Part shown: in pieces, positions 26,987-37,130 of the stretch
How positions within the stretch are numbered: position 1 is the stretch's first letter
Layout: each line of letters opens with the position of its first letter
Assembly (NCBI GenBank): GCA_003345545.1
Contig: PRDH01000026.1
Coordinates: forward strand, 64,001-128,000
Source of the DNA: Candidatus Thorarchaeota archaeon
GTDB taxonomy: Archaea; Asgardarchaeota; Thorarchaeia; Thorarchaeales; Thorarchaeaceae
Direction: 5' to 3'
DNA: 64,000 nucleotides
The notes under the pieces: model-generated
Database searches by the model: none
Told to the model about the DNA's origin: nothing
The model's input: the letters and a program-made list of their open reading frames with translations, nothing else
Position numbers and translations under genes: made by a program

Positions 26987-27490
26987 CTATTGCCAATCAA
27001 GAACGTCGAAGACCAGCTGAACTGCCTCTTTGGGCGTCTTGGCTGAGTACACCTTATCAGTTCTCCGTCCGTCTAGCTGTGTCCCAGCAAGTTTCGCAGC
27101 CCAACCTCCGGAACTGGTCACTGAAACAATGGGCCGGTCCGAGAACCAAGCGATAGCAATTTCGCTTAGGGTTCCAGCTGAGCCATCCATCGCAATGACT
27201 GCATCTCCTGCTTTTGCTACAAGAAAATTCCTGGCGTAGCCAAGACCAGTAGGGATTACGATATCGACAAACTCATTGGCGTGTTCTTTCGAGTCAGTGG
27301 GAAGGATGCCAATCGTCAAACCATTGTTCCTCTTTGCACCTCTGCAAGCAGCTTCCATGACCCCTCCCAAGCCCCCGCAAATCAAAGCCACATTTCTCTT
27401 CGCTATCTCTTCGCCAACTTGCTCCGCGAGCATCAGTACCTTCTGGTCCGAGTCAGAGCCACCAATGACTGAGATAGTCCTGAAGTGCAT
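26987..27490 (-). CDS. LOG/SLOG family protein (TIGR00725-like)
   Basis: CGGLGGVMEAACRGAK, TIGILP, TGLGYARN, GTLSEI; start ATG 27490 after AGGAGA. Confidence 0.88.
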   Translation of the reverse strand: MHFRTISVIGGSDSDQKVLMLAEQVGEEIAKRNVALICGGLGGVMEAACRGAKRNNGLTIGILPTDSKEHANEFVDIVIPTGLGYARNFLVAKAGDAVIAMDGSAGTLSEIAIAWFSDRPIVSVTSSGGWAAKLAGTQLDGRRTDKVYSAKTPKEAVQLVFDVLDWQ

Positions 27491-27691
27491 TACGAATTCT
27501 CCTGTTGGTTCTTCCTTGACTTCTCTACGGAGAGTGGCCTTCTTTTGAGCGTATTGTATGTCCAGCTTGACAGTCTTCGATCGTTTACTCGACCCTCTGC
27601 TGACTGCAGCAGTGACTTTGGCAACCATCATGAGAGGGACCGAAAAACAGTAAGTAGTAGCCACAGAACAAGATTCATCTTCTGTATCTCA

Positions 27692-28087
27692 ATGCGAACA
27701 CTGGTTGAAATGGTAAGACTATTCAGAACTGCAGATGCAGAAGAGCTGGCAAGAGCAGGATATAGTGCAAGATATCTCGCTAACGTGAAGTTTCGTAAGA
27801 GCATCAAGGATGGCGGATTCATTTGGGTGACTATACCTGCAGGCACCGTCACAGCACCTCACGCCCATGCGAAGCTCGAGGAGGCTTTTGTGGCATTGAC
27901 TACCCTAAACATCCACATAGATGACAGAGAGCTGCAGCTCGAGCGAGGTGACGTAGTACTCGTTGAACCAGGAGAAAAGCACTCCTTCTCTGCATCGAAG
28001 AATTCTGAAAGCAGCGTCCTAGCGATCAAGTTTCCGAACCTGAAGAATGATAAGATCGAATTCCATTCATCGGAGTCAGCTCAGTAG
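27692..28087 (+). CDS. Cupin domain protein
   Basis: PHAHAKLEEAF ... GDVVLVEPGEKHSF; start 27692 or 27710. Confidence 0.85.
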   Translation: MRTLVEMVRLFRTADAEELARAGYSARYLANVKFRKSIKDGGFIWVTIPAGTVTAPHAHAKLEEAFVALTTLNIHIDDRELQLERGDVVLVEPGEKHSFSASKNSESSVLAIKFPNLKNDKIEFHSSESAQ

Positions 28088-28521
28088 TCCTCAAAGTCGT
28101 AGTCATCCTCATCTTCATCCTCCTCCTCATCATCGAAGAGGATGTCAACGGGACTTCTGTACTGCGTCATCAAGCTCGCCCTTGGAATAGCCCTTCTAAC
28201 GACACTATCAAAATCCTTCCATTCATTGTACCGCCTTCTCCTACCAATCACACCTGCTATTGTAACAACAGCAAAGGAAATGATGCCAGTCAGAAAGAGC
28301 TCTGGGCGAGTCTGGAACATTCCTGAGCCTGCGCTCAAAGCAATCACCAAGATTCCACCAAGGATTAGGGGATTCAGATAGCAGTCACACGTGAGATTGA
28401 GCTGTGGAGGACCGATTCTAAAATCATCTGGATCTGCTCCTGGTGCAAGATTCAGGTAGTAATTGAATACGCTCAGGAACGATACTGCAACCACTATCAA
28501 GACCAGTGCCAGTATTTCCAA
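28081..28521 (-). CDS. 3-TM membrane protein with an acidic C-terminal tail
   Basis: Hydrophobic segments; ends DDEEEDEDEDDYDFEDY. Confidence 0.75.
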   Translation of the reverse strand: MEILALVLIVVAVSFLSVFNYYLNLAPGADPDDFRIGPPQLNLTCDCYLNPLILGGILVIALSAGSGMFQTRPELFLTGIISFAVVTIAGVIGRRRRYNEWKDFDSVVRRAIPRASLMTQYRSPVDILFDDEEEDEDEDDYDFEDY

Positions 28522-28540
28522 ATCGCTTCCCTTCTCTTAT

Positions 28541-30358
28541 TCATGCCTCAGTTTCGGGGACTGCCACCTTGATGCAGGAGAAACCATATTCACCTTCGTA
28601 CGATATTTCTGCTTGTTCACTTGGTTCAATCATCAATACTATAGAGTAGCTCTTGACCACATCAGGTTTTGCATTCGAGACATCGAATTTGCCTCTTGTG
28701 AGAGCTACCTTATGTCCTGTCTTCAAAGATCGGAGCTCAGGATGGTGTTTGGTCATAATGGCCACTCTAGCCTGCAATCTCTCGTTTCGCACTACCAGGG
28801 CTTCCTCTCCATTAATTCTTTCTACAGTTAGGACATCCATCCAGCCCTTCAGTTCATCGCGAATGGACTTGAATGCCACCGGCCCTCCCGTCGCCAAATT
28901 GTCAATAGGCGGGAACTCGCCCTGAACTTCGTTGAGAATGGGAGTGACCATATTCGTATTCCATCCCTTCTTTACAAAGGCCTTCAGCGCGTGCTCTGAT
29001 ATTTTCTCTAGCGCGGGCTTGAATCGGTCGTGAGATGAAGATGATACCTTGTAGAGCATCCGGAATGAATTGACTGCGCCCTCCTCCCTGTTGTATGCTA
29101 CACCAATCTTGTAGGCAGCAACTGCTAGCTGCCACGCATTATCATGGTCTTCAAAGAGAAGACTGTATTTCGCTATGTCGTTGAGCATTGCCATTGTTAC
29201 ATCAGGAAATTGCAGCTTTGTCTTTGTGAGGCTGAAACCGCCCATGATCTCTGACCGTAGGACTTGCATTGTTATGTAGAAACCCTCTGTGGTTTCCATC
29301 ATGCTATCAAGAGACAGTCTGTTTATCATCGAATCGTAGAGGCTGTAGAAGTAGTCAATTTCATCATAATCCTCCCGAATGAGGGATAGGAGGATTCTCA
29401 CGAAGAAAACTGATGCCTTGAGTTCGTTGTTCTGTACTTCTGCGAACATGAGTAGACGAAAGGCTTCCTCGCTGACAGCTAGTGCGTCCTCTATTCCTTC
29501 ACGTGTACCTCTGTACATGTGACAGATTATCTCGAGATAATAAAGAAAGAGCGTGAGGTCAGCAGCATGACGAACAAGCTTGCCATGAGTTTCTGATTCC
29601 TCAGTCAGCGTTGAAACGATTAGTAAACGTTCGATTTCGTTTTGAACTGCTTCTATCTCAAGCGCCAGAGGATCATACTTACCCTCGCGGAAATCGTCAA
29701 ACATGTTCGGAATGCCTGCTTTGATATCTTCAAGGAAGTCTAGCACGAACAATGGCTGGCCTTTCGCCAATTGCTTGTCCAGCCCCTCTGCGGGTCTCTT
29801 TACAGCCCTGAGCACACGAAGAGCATGATCCTCAATAACACGAATTCTTGTCACAGGATCGTATGACTCCTGCCTTGAAATGCTATACCTGACTTCCTCA
29901 GAGTAGATTCTGTCGCGAATTGGCGAGAGAGCTTTCTTCATCTCATCGTCATCTGCAAGCTCCATTAGCTCGAGGACGAACGCAGAACCAACAATCCCCT
30001 CTACTTCTACCTTGAGATCTTGAATAGTATTAAGCAGCTTCATGTCGCTTGTTACAATCCTAGATTTCTTCGAGCGCATCGCAGCAAGGATCAGAGATAT
30101 GTCATTGGGTTGGGGAAGCGAGCTTTCGGGACGCTTTATGCTCTCTGTTAAAGCCTTGATGTCTTTGGATAGTGTTTCATCGATTTGGATTATCGTTTCC
30201 ACTTCTCGTCTCAAGTACCAACGCAGCTCCTGGAATACCTGCCTCGTAATCCACAACTCGATGCCGACTTTGTCTGCTGCTTTCTTGATTATTGCCACAT
30301 CTTTGGGTCGGTCCGCGAAGCCACTGATAAAGAAGTTCGCATCAAGGTACACTCGCAT
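28541..30358 (-). CDS. PIN-domain protein with a long helical region and a beta-rich C-terminal domain
   Basis: RVYLDANFF, VFQEL, NDISLILAA, IVTSD acidic PIN pattern. Confidence 0.8.
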   Translation of the reverse strand: MRVYLDANFFISGFADRPKDVAIIKKAADKVGIELWITRQVFQELRWYLRREVETIIQIDETLSKDIKALTESIKRPESSLPQPNDISLILAAMRSKKSRIVTSDMKLLNTIQDLKVEVEGIVGSAFVLELMELADDDEMKKALSPIRDRIYSEEVRYSISRQESYDPVTRIRVIEDHALRVLRAVKRPAEGLDKQLAKGQPLFVLDFLEDIKAGIPNMFDDFREGKYDPLALEIEAVQNEIERLLIVSTLTEESETHGKLVRHAADLTLFLYYLEIICHMYRGTREGIEDALAVSEEAFRLLMFAEVQNNELKASVFFVRILLSLIREDYDEIDYFYSLYDSMINRLSLDSMMETTEGFYITMQVLRSEIMGGFSLTKTKLQFPDVTMAMLNDIAKYSLLFEDHDNAWQLAVAAYKIGVAYNREEGAVNSFRMLYKVSSSSHDRFKPALEKISEHALKAFVKKGWNTNMVTPILNEVQGEFPPIDNLATGGPVAFKSIRDELKGWMDVLTVERINGEEALVVRNERLQARVAIMTKHHPELRSLKTGHKVALTRGKFDVSNAKPDVVKSYSIVLMIEPSEQAEISYEGEYGFSCIKVAVPETEA

Positions 30359-30797
30359 TCATTCATATCTCCATCTACTAGTACTGCATGACCAAGGTCT
30401 TGGAACCACAGTCTCGTTGCTCAAGCTTCTGTTTCACAGAACAGGTTCTCATAAAGGTCTTATGTTAAGCTCTTCGGCAAAACGGATGATATCAGCTAAT
30501 GGAAAAAGGTTCCGATTTGCACCATTCATGGTTGTCAACTTGAGCTATGGTGATGCCTCCTTAGTGCAGGTCATCCTGTCTGCGGCAAGCGCAGTGCTCA
30601 CATGTACTTCAAACGATACAAGTCTAATCTTCCTGTTCATCCCAACATCGTTCTTAAGTAATATCACATCATATGATATCATATCCCTGCAGGCAACTGC
30701 GTCGATCGACGACTACGTGGCTGCTTGAGCTATCCTACGGAACCAACGCAAACCGTAAGGGTTAACTGCAATTGCTCCCAAATCATAATCGAACCAA

Positions 30798-30947
30798 GGG
30801 CATAGCAAATTCGGTGTGAGCCGTCGTCACTACGGCGTGCGGTGGCGACTTGCAACGACCTCAGAATAGGCCTGTTGGAATGCGGCGTACAAAATCATTA
30901 GGTGGTGGCGCGGCAATACGACGCGTTGCTTGCATGACGCTATGCCC
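30798..30947 (+). ncRNA. Candidate ~150-nt structured ncRNA, family unknown
   Basis: Perfect 9-bp terminal stem GGGCATAGC/GCTATGCCC; inner helices with G-U pairs on the + strand; TTAACT box upstream; pyrimidine tract downstream. Confidence 0.55.
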
Positions 30948-31096
30948 ACCTTCTTATTCTGTCCTTGATTTTCGTTATTACGACAGCGCCCTAAACCAAG
31001 GACCGTTGTTGAGTTTCTTCTTGGCTGAAGCATAGATCCATTGCAGGAATCAGACTCTCGCATAATGCGCTAACAAGCGAGCTAATTAAGAGAGAA

Positions 31097-31678
31097 TTGA
31101 AGATGAGCACGATCATGATGGCTCAATACCGAAGAAATTCCTATGCCCTTACATTTCTTGTGCTGGCTGTTCTGTTCTCGAGTCTTGTCCTATCTGTCAG
31201 CACGACGGGAGTAGTGTCAGTTGCCCAGACACAGGGACAGGGCGCTACACGCCTAGCGGATGTGAGTCCTTCTATCTACAACTGGGGCATTACCGGAAGA
31301 CCAAACATGAGTGAGCCATTCACAGTATGGGCAAACGTCACTGACGATGATCTCGACCTGGCCAATGTGAGCGTCTATGTTAACGGGCCGAATACAACCA
31401 TCCATGAGCTAATGTCGTACAATGGGTCTCTTTATGTTGAGGACCTCGATGCTTTGCTAGATGCTGGTACATATGACATCTACGTTACTGCCACAGATCT
31501 AGCAAACAATACGCGCGTGAGTCGCCATGAATACATCGAACTTCAAATGGAAACGACGACTGTGGTTGACCCTAATATCACAATGCCATATGTCGTCGCA
31601 TCAAGTCTATGTATTGGATTGGTTGCTTGCATCGTCGCATACTTGTATCGACAACGCCAGTTAGCTGGTTCAACATGA
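31097..31678 (+). CDS. Membrane-anchored protein with one Ig-like domain
   Basis: Signal peptide; VWANVTD...GTYDIYVTATDLANN; C-terminal TM with basic tail. Confidence 0.8.
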   Translation: MKMSTIMMAQYRRNSYALTFLVLAVLFSSLVLSVSTTGVVSVAQTQGQGATRLADVSPSIYNWGITGRPNMSEPFTVWANVTDDDLDLANVSVYVNGPNTTIHELMSYNGSLYVEDLDALLDAGTYDIYVTATDLANNTRVSRHEYIELQMETTTVVDPNITMPYVVASSLCIGLVACIVAYLYRQRQLAGST

Positions 31679-31735
31679 AACAACCGGAATTGTGGCGAGA
31701 AGCGAAGAAATATCATAAATGATACATCCATCCGG

Positions 31736-31743
31736 TTTATAAG
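31736..31743 (+). promoter_or_regulatory. TATA box of the ABC operon
   Basis: TTTATAAG about 40 nt before ATG 31780. Confidence 0.5.
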
Positions 31744-31779
31744 ACTTCATCAGTTGGGACACAAGAGGTCGCTGTTGTC

Positions 31780-34566
31780 ATGTTCAAGTACGCCTTCAAG
31801 CGAGTAGTCCGCAGCTATCGCCTCTTCGTTGCCCTCACAATTGGCGTTCTGTTGGCTACAACTTTCTTTGCGTCCACGAATGTTGCGGCTGACATCATAT
31901 CAAAGGATGCCCTCAGTGCGACCATCGAGAACATCTTGTATGACTTTGATGTAGATTCAGAGAACTCGAATTGGACAATTGCGGACGTAAATGGACTGGA
32001 GAATGAGCTAGATGCAGTAGACGGTGTTGTAGGCAGCGCCCATTCAACCAAGTTCTACTTTGACTACAATGGCACTGGCACGAACATGACAGTTGCAGCC
32101 ATAGAAATGTCTTCAGACCTTGCTTCAGGCATACAGGTACTTCAAGGAAGTTTCTCACTGGGGCCGAACGAAACTTATGTTGTGAGGGGCTCCAAGAATG
32201 AGTCACTCTTTTCTCTGGGGCAAGTACTGGAGGTTCAGATTCGCGTTTCCAGATTGTTTATGCCCCCACAGACAATAGCCAGAAACCTCACAGTCGTCGG
32301 ATACATCGACTTGCCTCAGAGAAACAGAGAGGCAATAATTCCGTCATTCGGCGCAGGAATCATGGCGATACTCGAAGGTCTGGGCGGCGGTGCACGCGCA
32401 TTCACCTTCGACACCTCCTACAATCTTGTGTTAGCTGATTGGGACATGGTCATGGATTCTATCTTGCGAGAGGCTGAGACCATTACTGGTCACACTCACC
32501 TCGGAATTAGTACCTCAATTCACCTCCAGATAGATAGAGCAAATTACCTCAATCCCTATGATATCACGAATTCGCTCCAGAGAATCCAGAACTTAGCAGA
32601 TGTGATCAGCGAGCACACTAGTGCCTATGGTGCAGGCGTGTCCTCGAACCTTCAGGGCCGTCTTGTCGTCTATCAGTTCACCCAGCTCATAATGAGTGCG
32701 CAGTTTCTTGCATTGTCTCTACCCATCTTTCTTCTGGCCTACTTCACAGGCACAATGGTTAGCGACGTAGGATACAATTTCAGAAGACGCGAGATAGGCC
32801 TCCTACTTACGAAGGGCTACGAACGAGGAACTATTAGGCGGATGTTCCTAGTCGAAGGAGCTCTCATCGGAGCAATTGCAGGAGCAGTTTCTGTCTTTCT
32901 AGGCACCGCGTCGGCATACATTATCCTAGGCGTTGAGAACCTGAACATGTTCCAAGCGATTCTTGACAATCTAGTGTCAGTAATCCTTTCTGTCATTCTA
33001 GGCATGTTTCTTGGTCTTCTCTCGGTGTGGCGTCCTTCTGGACGGGCATCGAAACTCGAAATTCTGGACGCTCTCAAGCAGTACATCTTTGTTGAAGAAA
33101 CCTCAGAGTACAAGAAACTGCTGCCTACTATCTGTTTGATCTTGGGAACCTACAAGCTAATTGTCTGGACCCTAGGGATTGACATGAGCGGGCTACTTGG
33201 TAGCATAAGCTTCGGGAACCTTTTCGTTTCAATCGCCATCGTCGCCTGGCTTGCGGTTGATGGTGTGCTTAATAGTATAGGCCCGCTCCTCTTTCTCTAC
33301 GGCGCGACAAAGGTATTCATTCGAGGCTCGCAGAAGTTCCAGGAGGCCGTTATGAGCGCAGGCCGTAGGTTCTTTGGTGCTTTCGGGAAGCTAGCTACAA
33401 GCAATATCAAACGTCACCCGGCTCGTAATGCAACACTTGTATTCATAGCTGCTCTAATTGTTTCGTATGGCATCTTTGCTACTGGGAGTCTGTACTCTCA
33501 GTACGATTTTACTGAAAGAACCGCTAGATACGATGTCGGTGCAGATGTGAGGCTCCAGCTCAACGCTGGTACGAATATGACTGAAATGCTCGGAGCTGTT
33601 TTGGAGTACGAATCAGTTCAGAATGTGACTCCAGAATACACCCTGAACCTCCGAGCTGGAACGAGCACAATAGATGCCCGAGGAATTCGACCGGAAGAAT
33701 GGAGGGACATTGCCTTTTGGGAACCAGGGTGGTTCATTGGCGACGTCGAACAAATGTTCGAGGACCTCACAGATGACAGCATAATCCTCTCGCTGGATGT
33801 AGCGCAGCGACTTGATCTCTCTGTTGGTGACACAATCAATGTTGCAGGTCCATTTTCGTCTGGGACACATGCGCTCACAATTGTGGGGCTTGTTGGCTAT
33901 CTCTCACCAATTGAGCAAATTGCGGGAGGGTTTCAGTTCTCCATTGGTGGTGACTACACATCCTTTGTGTCTGAGGGCTTTCTCAACTCCAGTTTGCTAA
34001 TCTATACATCGACTGCCAATGTGCTCATCGACACTGTGAACAACACGAATGGTACCCAACTGCAGGAACAGCTGGCAGCTGAGCTCAGCGGGGTCTATGC
34101 AAGTTACTCGGTCACAACTGAGCTAACAGATTATCAGACTAGCGTTATCAGGAGCGGCACAACAAAGATACAGTGGCTGGCAATTTCATTCGCTGTCATT
34201 CTCGCAATGGTTGGTACTGCATTGGTGGTGATTCTTACTCTACAGGAGAAGGATGCTGAGATAGCTCTCCTCTCAGTGCGCGGCTTCAGCAAATGGCAAT
34301 TGTTCAAGACTCTCTTGGCTGAGGTAATGGTGACTGTCTTCTTTGCACTTCTGCTTGGCATAGCCGTGGGATATATCGAGAACCTTGGACAAATCGCCTC
34401 GCTCAATGAGAGCACAACGGGCCTGATCCGGTACAGAATGGCATTAGGAGGGACAGCGGGCTACACGATTCTGCTACTTCTCTCTGTGGTGCTGTTAGCC
34501 GCTATTATTCCTGTTTGGTGGTCTTCAAGGAGGCCGGAATCGAAAATTGATCTACTAAGGGTATAG
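31780..34566 (+). CDS. FtsX/MacB-like ABC permease (two FtsX domains)
   Basis: RRREIGLLLTKG and EKDAEIALLSVRG motifs; large extracellular loops. Confidence 0.88.
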   Translation: MFKYAFKRVVRSYRLFVALTIGVLLATTFFASTNVAADIISKDALSATIENILYDFDVDSENSNWTIADVNGLENELDAVDGVVGSAHSTKFYFDYNGTGTNMTVAAIEMSSDLASGIQVLQGSFSLGPNETYVVRGSKNESLFSLGQVLEVQIRVSRLFMPPQTIARNLTVVGYIDLPQRNREAIIPSFGAGIMAILEGLGGGARAFTFDTSYNLVLADWDMVMDSILREAETITGHTHLGISTSIHLQIDRANYLNPYDITNSLQRIQNLADVISEHTSAYGAGVSSNLQGRLVVYQFTQLIMSAQFLALSLPIFLLAYFTGTMVSDVGYNFRRREIGLLLTKGYERGTIRRMFLVEGALIGAIAGAVSVFLGTASAYIILGVENLNMFQAILDNLVSVILSVILGMFLGLLSVWRPSGRASKLEILDALKQYIFVEETSEYKKLLPTICLILGTYKLIVWTLGIDMSGLLGSISFGNLFVSIAIVAWLAVDGVLNSIGPLLFLYGATKVFIRGSQKFQEAVMSAGRRFFGAFGKLATSNIKRHPARNATLVFIAALIVSYGIFATGSLYSQYDFTERTARYDVGADVRLQLNAGTNMTEMLGAVLEYESVQNVTPEYTLNLRAGTSTIDARGIRPEEWRDIAFWEPGWFIGDVEQMFEDLTDDSIILSLDVAQRLDLSVGDTINVAGPFSSGTHALTIVGLVGYLSPIEQIAGGFQFSIGGDYTSFVSEGFLNSSLLIYTSTANVLIDTVNNTNGTQLQEQLAAELSGVYASYSVTTELTDYQTSVIRSGTTKIQWLAISFAVILAMVGTALVVILTLQEKDAEIALLSVRGFSKWQLFKTLLAEVMVTVFFALLLGIAVGYIENLGQIASLNESTTGLIRYRMALGGTAGYTILLLLSVVLLAAIIPVWWSSRRPESKIDLLRV

Positions 34567-35469
34567 GTGCGAAAGATGATGAACAATACAGCATACATTC
34601 AGACCGATGACTTGGTGAAGGTGTTTCGCCTCGGAAATGTTGAGGTGCAGGCCTTGCGAGGCTTGTCGATGCAGGTCAATAAGGGGGAGATGGTGGCCAT
34701 TGTTGGAGCATCGGGCTCTGGAAAGACCACGCTGCTCAATATCCTGGGTGGCATTACGAGAGCTACTGCTGGAAGGACCGTGGTAGCGGGATATGATGTC
34801 ACAAACGCCAATCCTACCCAGCTAGTTGCCCTTCGCCGGGAAATCGTCGGCCATATCTTCCAAGAACTGAACCTTCTTAGTACCCTCACCGCGTACGAGA
34901 ATGTCGAGCTTCCGATGCTTGCCGCTAAGAAGGATGGAAGTACCAGAAAGAGGCGAGTTGAGGAACTCCTCTCAGTAGTTAGCCTCGAGGATAGAAAAGA
35001 CCACAAGCCCGATGAGCTCTCTGGGGGCGAGCGTCAACGAGTGGCCATCGCCGCTGCAATTGCAAATGACCCAATGGTATTACTCTGTGACGAACCCACC
35101 GGGGACCTCGACACGGAAACTGGTGGCGTCATTGTCCAGTACTTGCACAAAGTGAACAAGGAATATGGTAAGACAATCATCATGGTGACACACGATCCCT
35201 CTATTGCTAGGCAGTGCGATAGAATCTACAGGATTCGTGATGGCCAGATAATCTCAGTCCAGTCTCCTACTGCAGACCAGGAAATGGGTGCAGCATCCAG
35301 AGTCGACGTCGTTAGAGAACGCCTAAAGGAGATCAAAGATGAGATTACTAGACTTGACGAAGCCGCAAGAAAAGGTACTCTCGACCTTGGCGTGTTCGCA
35401 GGGCAAAGGACGAGACTAGTCGACAGGCAGAAGATATTCGAAGAGGAACTCCACCGACTAGGTCTATAG
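34567..35469 (+). CDS. ABC ATP-binding protein (LolD/MacB-like) with a C-terminal extension
   Basis: GASGSGKTT, LSGGERQRVAIA, LLCDEPTGDLD, VTHD. Confidence 0.93.
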   Translation: MRKMMNNTAYIQTDDLVKVFRLGNVEVQALRGLSMQVNKGEMVAIVGASGSGKTTLLNILGGITRATAGRTVVAGYDVTNANPTQLVALRREIVGHIFQELNLLSTLTAYENVELPMLAAKKDGSTRKRRVEELLSVVSLEDRKDHKPDELSGGERQRVAIAAAIANDPMVLLCDEPTGDLDTETGGVIVQYLHKVNKEYGKTIIMVTHDPSIARQCDRIYRIRDGQIISVQSPTADQEMGAASRVDVVRERLKEIKDEITRLDEAARKGTLDLGVFAGQRTRLVDRQKIFEEELHRLGL

Positions 35470-35509
35470 TGCGATACGTTTTTGATGCACCTGCTCTCCC
35501 TAGTTTCAA

Positions 35510-36388
35510 GTGATCTTGATGGCATTACCCATAATGATGGTGCATGGCGGTGCAACAAGATTCCAGACCAGATTCCATAAGGATATTCTGAACGCTGTTG
35601 AGAAAGCTGCTCGCACGGGGATGTGTGTTTTCACCAAAGGGGGTTCCTCACTGGACGCTGTAGAGGCCGCCGTATATGTTCTTGAAGAAACGAATCTATT
35701 CACTGCAGGTCGGGGCGCAAGCAAGAACCAAGACGGAGAGATCGAATTGGATGCTATGATCATGGACGGCAACCGTCTTGAGAGTGGCGCCGTAATGGCC
35801 GTTCAAGACATTATTCATCCCATCTCTCTTGCACGTTATGTGCTGGAGAGAACCTCGAACTATCAAATTGCAGGAAAGGGAGCAAATAGGCTCTACCAGA
35901 AGATGATAGCTGAAGGATATCGCGAGGAGGTGGATACCAAGAGAACATCCGTGCCCAGTATCGCAGCAGGATGTGACACAGTCGGAGCAGTTGCCGTCGA
36001 TGCAGACGGTCGAATGGCTGCTGCAGCTTCTACGAGTGGCTGGCCGGGCAAGCTCGTGGGAAGAGTCGGTGACTCCCCGATCATCGGAGCAGGAGTCTAT
36101 GCCAACGATGTGGCTGCAGCTTGCTGCACGGGAAAAGGCGAACAGATACTGAGGATTACGATGGCGAGAATGGCGGTTTATCACGTTGAGGATGGCTTGA
36201 CTGTCGAGGAAGCTGCCGAGAGGATAATGGGCGAATTGCGACAGAAGACAAGTGGAGAAGCAGGCATTATTCTGGCTGATTCCAGGGGGAATATGACTGT
36301 TCGATTCGACACTACCCATATGCCCACTGCAATACTGTGCTCCGATTCGAATGTCCCCTATGCATCAATGGTTCCCAAATGGCCTTGA
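35510..36388 (+). CDS. Isoaspartyl peptidase/L-asparaginase (Ntn hydrolase)
   Basis: VHGGA, ELDAMIMDG, D-TVGAVA autocleavage site, GRVGDSPIIGAG, TGKGE. Confidence 0.92.
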   Translation: MILMALPIMMVHGGATRFQTRFHKDILNAVEKAARTGMCVFTKGGSSLDAVEAAVYVLEETNLFTAGRGASKNQDGEIELDAMIMDGNRLESGAVMAVQDIIHPISLARYVLERTSNYQIAGKGANRLYQKMIAEGYREEVDTKRTSVPSIAAGCDTVGAVAVDADGRMAAAASTSGWPGKLVGRVGDSPIIGAGVYANDVAAACCTGKGEQILRITMARMAVYHVEDGLTVEEAAERIMGELRQKTSGEAGIILADSRGNMTVRFDTTHMPTAILCSDSNVPYASMVPKWP

Positions 36389-36621
36389 CTAGTAACGAAG
36401 GACTATCATCTATGGAGAACAGAAACAGTCACCGTCGGAGATCCAGCTATGCCCTCTGAATTTGTCGTAAAGTAATGCGCTAGTCACCAAGACTCATAAT
36501 CGTAGGCACTTCGACGAAGTCCAAAGACATATCGCCTGCGAGCAGAGTAGAGTATCCACGGTGGGAGATACTTCAGTCTAGAGACCGAGAGCCGCCGAGT
36601 CGTCGACAGATCGCTACTCGT

Positions 36622-37101
36622 TCACTTTCTCTTTTTGCTGTCATCTATAATCTTAACGATTTCCTCCTCAATCGTCGGCGTCATTCTTTGGCGTGTCCTA
36701 ATACGACCTATCTCTTCTCCTACCTTGTTGAAGATAAGAATCGTGGGACTGCTCGTGATTTTGAAAGTTTCCACTTCTGGCGGAGACGGAGGTACGGCCC
36801 ACAGACTCTTTGAACCGTACGGCGGTTTTGTCATTCCGCCTAACGCAGGAATCTTCTTTCCTGTCTCTTCCTCTATGAGTGCAAGTACTGGTAGTGCCTT
36901 TCTGGAATCTCCACACCAGTCAGCATAGAGGATGACACAGGTGTAATCTTCACATATTACTTTGAGCCGTTCCAAAGCCTTGGCGTTAAGTGAGTAATCC
37001 TCTTTCTGTCTGATGAAACCACCACGATACATTTGGGGAATCGTCTCAATGCATTCGGACGCGCCCTTGGTATCCTTCTGAATATCTTCTAGAGTTGGCA
37101 A
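36622..37101 (-). CDS. Thioredoxin-fold protein with a CxxS site
   Basis: YADWCGDS; SSPTILIFNKVGEEIGR. Confidence 0.8.
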   Translation of the reverse strand: MPTLEDIQKDTKGASECIETIPQMYRGGFIRQKEDYSLNAKALERLKVICEDYTCVILYADWCGDSRKALPVLALIEEETGKKIPALGGMTKPPYGSKSLWAVPPSPPEVETFKITSSPTILIFNKVGEEIGRIRTRQRMTPTIEEEIVKIIDDSKKRK

Positions 37102-37130
37102 AATTCGCGACCTCAGTAGAAATCGATAAC

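Noticed and set aside
30042-30728. 228-aa + strand ORF
   Set aside because: Largely an antisense shadow of the PIN gene; no protein-like features
30798-30950. tRNA or tRNA-Sec (9-bp terminal stem followed by ACC)
   Set aside because: No T-loop, D-arm or UCA anticodon arm, and no bulge-helix-bulge intron evident; kept only as an unknown ncRNA
36389-36621. ncRNA in the 230-nt gap between convergent genes
   Set aside because: Only short palindromes; no promoter or closing stem
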